In this document: in pieces, positions 58,183-64,000 of the stretch | Numbering within the stretch: the stretch's first letter is position 1 | How the letters are laid out: each line of letters opens with the position of its first letter | DNA from: Thermodesulfovibrionales bacterium | GTDB lineage: Bacteria > Nitrospirota > Thermodesulfovibrionia > Thermodesulfovibrionales > UBA6898 | DNA: 64,000 bases | Direction: 5' to 3' | NCBI GenBank assembly: GCA_044450345.1 | Contig: JBIOIY010000006.1 | Coordinates: 1 to 64,000, forward strand | The notes under the pieces: model-generated | Told to the model about the DNA's origin: nothing | Database searches by the model: none | What the model saw: only the letters and a program-made list of their open reading frames with translations | Translations under genes and position numbers: made by a program

Positions 58183-58833
58183 CTATTTACCTTTCAGAGT
58201 AAGTAGTATAACAGTTTCTTCTGCAATTTTTCCGACGGCGATGCTTTCGAAATCTCCATGAGAATACATGCTCACGATCGCACGGTCGTGCATAAGCGCC
58301 TCTGCAGCCGCAAGAAATTCCTTCAACATTAAGTTACGCACGAGTTCCAGCGCATAGGCCCTCGTAACCGCGTCGCTGTGTCCGAGATATAACCCGGCAA
58401 CTGCAGATGACCCTTCCACAAGGTCGGCCCTTACCTCGCTGATCCTCACCAGCGCCCTCAACACGCCCCGCCTAAGTATTTCCTCATCATGGAAAGAAGC
58501 AATGATCGGCGCGATGTCTGCGAATTCTTCAGGCGCGTTCCTCACTATCTCACCGAGCATTTCGGGAGCGCTCCACGGATTGTTCCCTGATTCTTCACGC
58601 ATCATCCAGAGGATTCTCTGCACAAGGTTCCTGATGAGACCGGGCTCGGTCCTCGCCCTTTCTCCAGCTATGATGCCGATAGCCTCCATCGCCCTCCAGG
58701 AAATAACGGACTCCTTGTCGTACGAAAGGGAGATGAGGGTCCTGAAAATGCTATTGTCTTTTCCTGCTTGCGCCACAAGCCCTGCGATATCACCTTCTTT
58801 GAGCAGTCTTGATATCTTTTCTCTCTTCGACAC
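58183..58833 (-). CDS. HEAT/PBS-lyase-like repeat protein
   Basis: WRAMEAIG, LWMMREESG, APEMLGEI, helical repeats; GTG start overlapping the end of dsrN. Confidence 0.8.
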   Translation of the reverse strand: MSKREKISRLLKEGDIAGLVAQAGKDNSIFRTLISLSYDKESVISWRAMEAIGIIAGERARTEPGLIRNLVQRILWMMREESGNNPWSAPEMLGEIVRNAPEEFADIAPIIASFHDEEILRRGVLRALVRISEVRADLVEGSSAVAGLYLGHSDAVTRAYALELVRNLMLKEFLAAAEALMHDRAIVSMYSHGDFESIAVGKIAEETVILLTLKGK

Positions 58834-60232
58834 CTTTATCTTTTTCTTTTTTATATAGAGCAGCTCTATTGACGAGTCCCTCGGCCCATTCGGGCGCTCC
58901 ATACGCATGCAAATGAGTGTAGGTCGCCAAAACATTCTTATAACATACTCCGTCCGACTTCTGCTTTATCCCCTGACCGCGTTTCATCGTGAACGAAAAA
59001 GTCACCCCATCCTTGTTCCTGCAGTCTGCAACTCGTGAATAATGGAACTCATGGCCTTTCAGCAACGTCCCCTTAGCGTAGAAAGGGTTTTTCCCAGATA
59101 CTTCGACTACGGTATACCCGTGGGCCTGAGGTTTCTTCTCCAGGCAGAAAGTTATCGGGAAGACCCCGGTCATCGGATATTTTTTGCCGTCTATAAGCAA
59201 AACCTCGCCTAGGTACATCAATCCCCCGCATTCCGCGTAGACGGGCAGCCCCCTTTCGACCGCAACAAGAACCGATCTTCTGAATGAGTTGTTTTTTGCC
59301 AGGGGTATGGCGTTTGTCTCGGGGAAACCACCCCCTATATAGAGGGCATCGATATCGGGAAGTTCTTTCCCGGTCAGTGCGCTGACCTCCAAAAGTTCAG
59401 CACCACGGTTGAGGAGTTCTTCCATGTTTTCGGGGTAATAGAATTGGAAAGCCGAATCCCTTAAGACACCGATCACGGGTCTCCCGGATGTCTCACTTCT
59501 CTGCCGCGGAGGTTCCCCCCGTCCGGCACTGAGATATCTCGCCCCCTTGGCTATATCCTCGATCGCGGCAATATCCACATATTTCGCGGCAATATCGCCG
59601 GCCAGAGAAATCGCCTTTTCCACATCGGGATGCTCCTGAAAAGAGGTGAGTCCCATATGTCTCTCCGAAATTAATTCATCTTCAAGTCGAGGGATAGCTC
59701 CGACGACAGGCACCCCGCAGTAGCGTTCAATCGCTTCTCTCACAATTCTTTCATGTCTTGACCCTGCGATCCTGTTCAAGACTACCCCTTTTACTTCGAT
59801 CTCCCTGTCGAACTTCTGTACGCCTAGAACCAGAGCCGCAGCAGTCCTCGTGACCTTGGTGCAGTCGATAATCAGCACAACAGGGGCCTTCAGTATTTTT
59901 GCAAGTTCCGCAGTACTGAATGTTCCGGCAGAATCCATGCCGTCATACAAACCCCGGTTCCCTTCTATCACCGCGTATTCGGCGTCTTGAAAATGCTCCC
60001 TGAAGGACGACATGATTTTTTCCTTACCTATCAGGAAGGGGTCGAGGTTATAGCATAAACGCCCCGCTGCCAAAGACAGCCACCCCGCATCAATATAGTC
60101 CGGGCCTTTCTTGTACGGAATTACGGCACGACCTCTCTTTCTCCAGGCCGCTATCAGTCCGAGAGAGAGCGTGGTTTTACCTGCGCCGCCCTTAAGACCG
60201 GCGATCACAAGTCTTGGAAATGGAGATTTCAT
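58790..60232 (-). CDS. dsrN: DsrN siroheme a-amide synthase (CbiA/CobB family)
   Basis: GGAGKT, KGPDYID, EGNRGLYDG, YAECGG, GHEFHYS; follows dsrABD. Confidence 0.92.
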   Translation of the reverse strand: MKSPFPRLVIAGLKGGAGKTTLSLGLIAAWRKRGRAVIPYKKGPDYIDAGWLSLAAGRLCYNLDPFLIGKEKIMSSFREHFQDAEYAVIEGNRGLYDGMDSAGTFSTAELAKILKAPVVLIIDCTKVTRTAAALVLGVQKFDREIEVKGVVLNRIAGSRHERIVREAIERYCGVPVVGAIPRLEDELISERHMGLTSFQEHPDVEKAISLAGDIAAKYVDIAAIEDIAKGARYLSAGRGEPPRQRSETSGRPVIGVLRDSAFQFYYPENMEELLNRGAELLEVSALTGKELPDIDALYIGGGFPETNAIPLAKNNSFRRSVLVAVERGLPVYAECGGLMYLGEVLLIDGKKYPMTGVFPITFCLEKKPQAHGYTVVEVSGKNPFYAKGTLLKGHEFHYSRVADCRNKDGVTFSFTMKRGQGIKQKSDGVCYKNVLATYTHLHAYGAPEWAEGLVNRAALYKKEKDKGVEERKDIKTAQRR

Positions 60233-60354
60233 CCTATAAATTTTTGCATCGCACCACGCCGAAATATATGCACATCTTTTTTTTATATTGCCTTAATTAG
60301 GAGGAGATTATCAAGGCTGCAACCGGCGCGGGAACTTACTTCGGCTATTTCAGC

Positions 60355-60400
60355 AAAAAAAGATAAGGCTACAGAGGGGCTGAATAGGAAACCCCTCTGT
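60355..60400 (-). terminator. Probable terminator after dsrD
   Basis: ACAGAGGGG/CCCCTCTGT stem with a T-run a few nt downstream on the minus strand. Confidence 0.55.
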
Positions 60401-60423
60401 TATTCCTGCAAGATGAAGCTGTT

Positions 60424-60672
60424 TTACTTTATAAGACCTTTTTCTCTGAGGTACTCATCGCTGGGTATCTCGACGGAACTCGCACCGCCTCCATATGAAT
60501 ACATGAGCCTTCCTACGTCTATCATACCTCTCATTGCCTTCTTTACTTCATCTCCGGGCAGGCTCTGCTCTTCAGATACGCCTTTGATGATGTCTTTCTC
60601 TTTCAGTTTTTTCTTACCCTTTGCCGCTAGTACGAAGGCAAAAATCTTGTCTTGAAGCTCAGCTGTTTCCAT
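60424..60672 (-). CDS. dsrD: DsrD
   Basis: 82 aa basic winged-helix-like protein (VKKAMRGMIDVGRLMYSYGG) directly after dsrB. Confidence 0.85.
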   Translation of the reverse strand: METAELQDKIFAFVLAAKGKKKLKEKDIIKGVSEEQSLPGDEVKKAMRGMIDVGRLMYSYGGGASSVEIPSDEYLREKGLIK

Positions 60673-60706
60673 ACTTACCCCCGTTTTTTGAAATGTCGTT
60701 TATACG

Positions 60707-60735
60707 AAGGCAGTCCCGAATATCGAGACTGCCTT
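60707..60735 (-). other. 13-bp hairpin between dsrB and dsrD
   Basis: AAGGCAGTCTCGA-TAT-TCGGGACTGCCTT; no U-tract. Confidence 0.6.
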
Positions 60736-60754
60736 ACCGATCATTATACAACAA

Positions 60755-61825
60755 CTACCACTTGAAGGTTGAAGCAGTCCTTAACGTGTCCCTCATGAAC
60801 GTGAAGTCGTCGATGGACTGGAACGTGAATTCTATGCCGGTAAGAGAGAAGAACCTCTCCCAGCCTACCCTCTCTATCCACTCGCCTATCCTTTCATGCT
60901 TTCTTGCATTCGCGGCATAGACCTCAACGATATGCTTTACCGCGGCGACGACCTTCGGCCATCTCGGCGGCTCATTAGAGATATAAGGAATAACAAGCTT
61001 CGAGAACTTAGGATTACTTCTGAGGCTGTTTACCTTTCCGCCTACGACTATGGCAATGCCGTCGCGCTCGGGGTCCTTGATACTGATGGGCGGGCATACG
61101 GTGAAACAGTTACCGCAGTACATGCACTTGTCAGGGTTTATCTTCACGCTCTTGTTCGCAGGATCAGGGCTGATCGCGCGGGTCGGGCATGAACCGATGA
61201 CCGTCGGCAGTTCGCACATATTCTTAAAGTTCGCATGGTTGACCACAGGCACCTTCGTATGAACCGCGACGATTGCGATATCGGAACAATGCACTGCGCC
61301 GCACATATTCACGCAGCATGCGACCGCGAGCCTGACCTTGTTGGGAAGCCTCTTCGACTCGAAATACTCAAAGAGTTCATCCATCATCGCCTTCACGATG
61401 CCGGATGCGTCGGTCGCTGCACTGTGGCAGTGTACCCAGCCCTGTGTATGGACGACGTTCGTTATGCCATAGCCGATACCGCCCATCTTGAAGCCGCGGG
61501 CTGAGAGGTCTTTCTTTATCGGCTCGAGGTTCTTCTCGTCGGATACGAGAAACTCCACGTTGTTTCTCGTTGTGAAGCGGAGGTGGCCGCCGCAGAATTT
61601 CTCCGCAACGTCGCAGATCTCGCGGATCGTGGTCGTTGATAAAATCCTCGGGGAAGCAACCCTGACCGTCCAGAGTTTATCGCCGCTTTCGGCCACGTGG
61701 ACCATGGTGCCGGGCGTAAGCACCTCATGATATTTCCACTTCCCGTAATTCTTATCTATTACAGGCGGCATGAACTGCCTATAATGGGGCGGCCCTATGT
61801 CTGTTTTTCTCTGTGGTAATGCCAT
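60755..61825 (-). CDS. dsrB: Dissimilatory sulfite reductase beta subunit
   Basis: [39 protein letters not shown]. Confidence 0.98.
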   Translation of the reverse strand: MALPQRKTDIGPPHYRQFMPPVIDKNYGKWKYHEVLTPGTMVHVAESGDKLWTVRVASPRILSTTTIREICDVAEKFCGGHLRFTTRNNVEFLVSDEKNLEPIKKDLSARGFKMGGIGYGITNVVHTQGWVHCHSAATDASGIVKAMMDELFEYFESKRLPNKVRLAVACCVNMCGAVHCSDIAIVAVHTKVPVVNHANFKNMCELPTVIGSCPTRAISPDPANKSVKINPDKCMYCGNCFTVCPPISIKDPERDGIAIVVGGKVNSLRSNPKFSKLVIPYISNEPPRWPKVVAAVKHIVEVYAANARKHERIGEWIERVGWERFFSLTGIEFTFQSIDDFTFMRDTLRTASTFKW

Positions 61826-61859
61826 TTTTATGTATCCTCCTTATTTAAATTTTTAAAAG

Positions 61860-63089
61860 TTAAAACTTATATTTACCGGTCTTCTTCTCTTCGGCTTCCT
61901 TCGCCTTATATGATGCGATATCAGCCTCCGTGTAGAACATGAACGGATCTTTCCTCGGCTCCTTGATCTGCTGCGGCGCCGGCGGCACGCCGATAGCCTC
62001 CAGGAACGACCTCATGCCCTTCACCTCGATGACCTCGCCGATCCTCTCTCTGGGCTTCCCGTTATCATCCCACCAGTCCCATATCTTGCGGAGCAGGTCT
62101 TTCAGCTCCGTATACGGCGGCTCGATTTTGATGAACGGAATGATGACCCATGAGAGCAGCGAACCGACGACGATAGGGGCCTTGCTTCCCATACAGATTG
62201 TGGCTCCCCTTTCACCGCTCGGCTTCAACGCCTTTGTCATCCTCGTTATGCAGTGCATGCACCTGCTGCATTCTTTGTTATCTATCTTAAGTTCCTTGCC
62301 GTCATAACTCATGCACTGTGTCGGACACATACCGACGATTTCGGACATTATATTCATGCCTTTTTTGGCATAATTCTGGACCTCTTTCTGGTCGATCAAT
62401 ATGTCGCCCTTCCAGGTCCCGATTATGGAGAAGTCCGAACGTGCGATCGAGGCAACACAGTCACAAGCGCAGCCCGCTGCCTTTATCTTGAACTTGTAAG
62501 AGAACATCGGCCTGTGCAGCTCGTCCTGGAATTCCTGCGTTAAATTGTAGACGAGGTCGAGGGTATCATAATTTGTCCATTCGCAGCGGCCTGGTCCTAC
62601 ACAGCAGCTTGGGGTCCTGAGGTCTGAACCTGAACCACCGAGGTCCCATCCGCGGGACGAATATTCAGCAAATATCGCTTCGAGGGCATCGGTCTTCGTT
62701 CCGAGAAGAACGATATCGCCCGTGGATCCGTGCATGTTCGTCAGCCCGCTTCCATATTTATCCCAGATATCGCAAATCTCCCTTAATGCCTTGCTGGTAT
62801 AGAAAAACCCGCTGGGCTGGTTCAACCTGACAGTGTGGAAATGAGCGACACCCGGGAATTCTGCCCCGAGTTCCGAATACCTTCCGATAATTCCACCACC
62901 GTAGCCGAGGACCCCGACTATTCCACCGTGCTTCCAGTAGCCCACCTTGGTAGAGTAACACTTCTCAAGATGTCCTACTGCATCGTTTGACATCTCGTTG
63001 TTTTTGCCGGCCTTCTTCATCTCGGTGACGAAGCTCGGCCATGGACCTTTTTCCAACTCATCGATCAACGGCGTATTATACTTCTTCAT
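61860..63089 (-). CDS. dsrA: Dissimilatory sulfite reductase alpha subunit
   Basis: [27 protein letters not shown]5C...CX3C, RCMHC. Confidence 0.98.
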   Translation of the reverse strand: MKKYNTPLIDELEKGPWPSFVTEMKKAGKNNEMSNDAVGHLEKCYSTKVGYWKHGGIVGVLGYGGGIIGRYSELGAEFPGVAHFHTVRLNQPSGFFYTSKALREICDIWDKYGSGLTNMHGSTGDIVLLGTKTDALEAIFAEYSSRGWDLGGSGSDLRTPSCCVGPGRCEWTNYDTLDLVYNLTQEFQDELHRPMFSYKFKIKAAGCACDCVASIARSDFSIIGTWKGDILIDQKEVQNYAKKGMNIMSEIVGMCPTQCMSYDGKELKIDNKECSRCMHCITRMTKALKPSGERGATICMGSKAPIVVGSLLSWVIIPFIKIEPPYTELKDLLRKIWDWWDDNGKPRERIGEVIEVKGMRSFLEAIGVPPAPQQIKEPRKDPFMFYTEADIASYKAKEAEEKKTGKYKF

Positions 63090-63181
63090 CTAATCCTCCT
63101 TCTTTATGGTGATTTTTTTTTCGTAGCCCAATAAATGCAAAACTGCAAGCGCTAAAAAGCTTAAAACACCTTTTATCTGTT

Positions 63182-63224
63182 GGTCAAATAAAATAAATTA
63201 ATCTGTTAATCATAATTATTTATT
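63182..63224 (-). promoter_or_regulatory. Conserved dsr promoter element (copy upstream of dsrA)
   Basis: 34/43 ungapped identity with 57712-57754; TTGACC-N18-TAAGCT. Confidence 0.65.
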
Positions 63225-63361
63225 AACCTGATACTGAAAATATTAAAAATGGCCTTCGTGATGCGCTCTTGTCCCATTTTCTTATTTACTTTCCCCCCTA
63301 TCCAAGTGCTATACTTATCGAGTTTTCAGTCTTAGCCGTACTATAGGCCATGGAGAGAAAT

Positions 63362-64000
63362 ATGCGAAGACCGTTATTTATATTATTGTTTATTATTCTT
63401 ACCTCTGGTATCGCCTTCGCAGAGGCACTGCCTGTTGTCAATAAGATCGATATCCAAGGTCTAAAGCGCATAGAGGAAGGTGCAATCAAGGCCAAGGTCA
63501 CTCAGAAAATAGGTGATCCCGTCTCTCAGGACAAAATAAACGAGGACATCAAGTCTATTTTCAAGATGGGGTACTTCGACGATGTGAGAGTCGAGATCGA
63601 ACCGTTTGAAGGCGGCGTCAGACTCATTTATATCGTAAAGGAGAAGCCCACGATCATCAAGGTCGATTTCCAGGGCAATAAGGAAATCGATGACACCAAG
63701 CTGAAGGAAAAGATAACAATCACCGCAGGGGCGATCGCCGATACGGTCCTGATACAGGATAATGCCCTTAAATTAAAGAGTTTTTATGAGGAGGAAGGCT
63801 ATTGGCTCGCAAATATAGTCCCGGTCACGAAGAAGATATCCGAAGACGAGATAGGCCTCACTTACCAGATCGACGAAGGCCCGAAGATAAAGATAAGGAA
63901 AATCTTTGTTGAAGGTAACAAGAACATTTCTTCGTCGAAGATCAAGAAGGCGATGGAAACAAAGGAATGGTGGCTTTTTTCATTTGTGACCTCGTCGGGA
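63362..64000 (+). CDS. bamA: Outer membrane protein assembly factor BamA (N-terminal part, runs off the window)
   Basis: Hand translation: signal peptide, then POTRA repeats (IQGLKRIE, DIKSIFKMGYFDDV, VKEKPTI, FQGNKEI, YEEEGY, IDEGPK). Confidence 0.92.
   Translation, partial: MRRPLFILLFIILTSGIAFAEALPVVNKIDIQGLKRIEEGAIKAKVTQKIGDPVSQDKINEDIKSIFKMGYFDDVRVEIEPFEGGVRLIYIVKEKPTIIKVDFQGNKEIDDTKLKEKITITAGAIADTVLIQDNALKLKSFYEEEGYWLANIVPVTKKISEDEIGLTYQIDEGPKIKIRKIFVEGNKNISSSKIKKAMETKEWWLFSFVTSSG

Overview
Core chromosome of an anaerobic, sulfite/sulfate-reducing bacterium. Gene content and order suggest Nitrospirota (Thermodesulfovibrionia-like); this is an inference. Left part: two tRNAs, a decaying cheY/cheA remnant, nrdR-glyA-rpiB, tgt, a cupin-ferredoxin pair, pyrE, glnE, a peptide ABC transporter and uvrA. 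At 17.3-30.6 kb lies a sigma-54 type IV pilin locus with two pilins, two GT-C-like membrane proteins, two polyprenol-phosphate GT2s, an amino-sugar pathway and three methyltransferases, a probable pilin glycosylation system. Middle: a fused CoA-activase/dehydratase, an unannotated bS22-like small protein, a MesB-like core methionine synthase, tmk-holB-ricT-metG, rpsF-ssb-rpsR extended by two DUF507 genes, a GGDEF and an HNH gene, mqnE-mqnC, a DTR-like thioredoxin reductase and a CBS/HPP pair. Right part: a complete reductive cluster, dsrABD-dsrN-(HEAT, Zn-ribbon)-dsrC-dsrTMKJOP-ferredoxin, then the start of bamA. Notable non-coding signals are a 43-bp element shared by the dsrAB and dsrC promoters, a TATGA-N6-TCATA palindrome at -41.5 in two promoters, and several structured intergenic elements. 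No CRISPR array, rRNA, integrase or transposase was seen. All family assignments come from motif recognition, not database searches.
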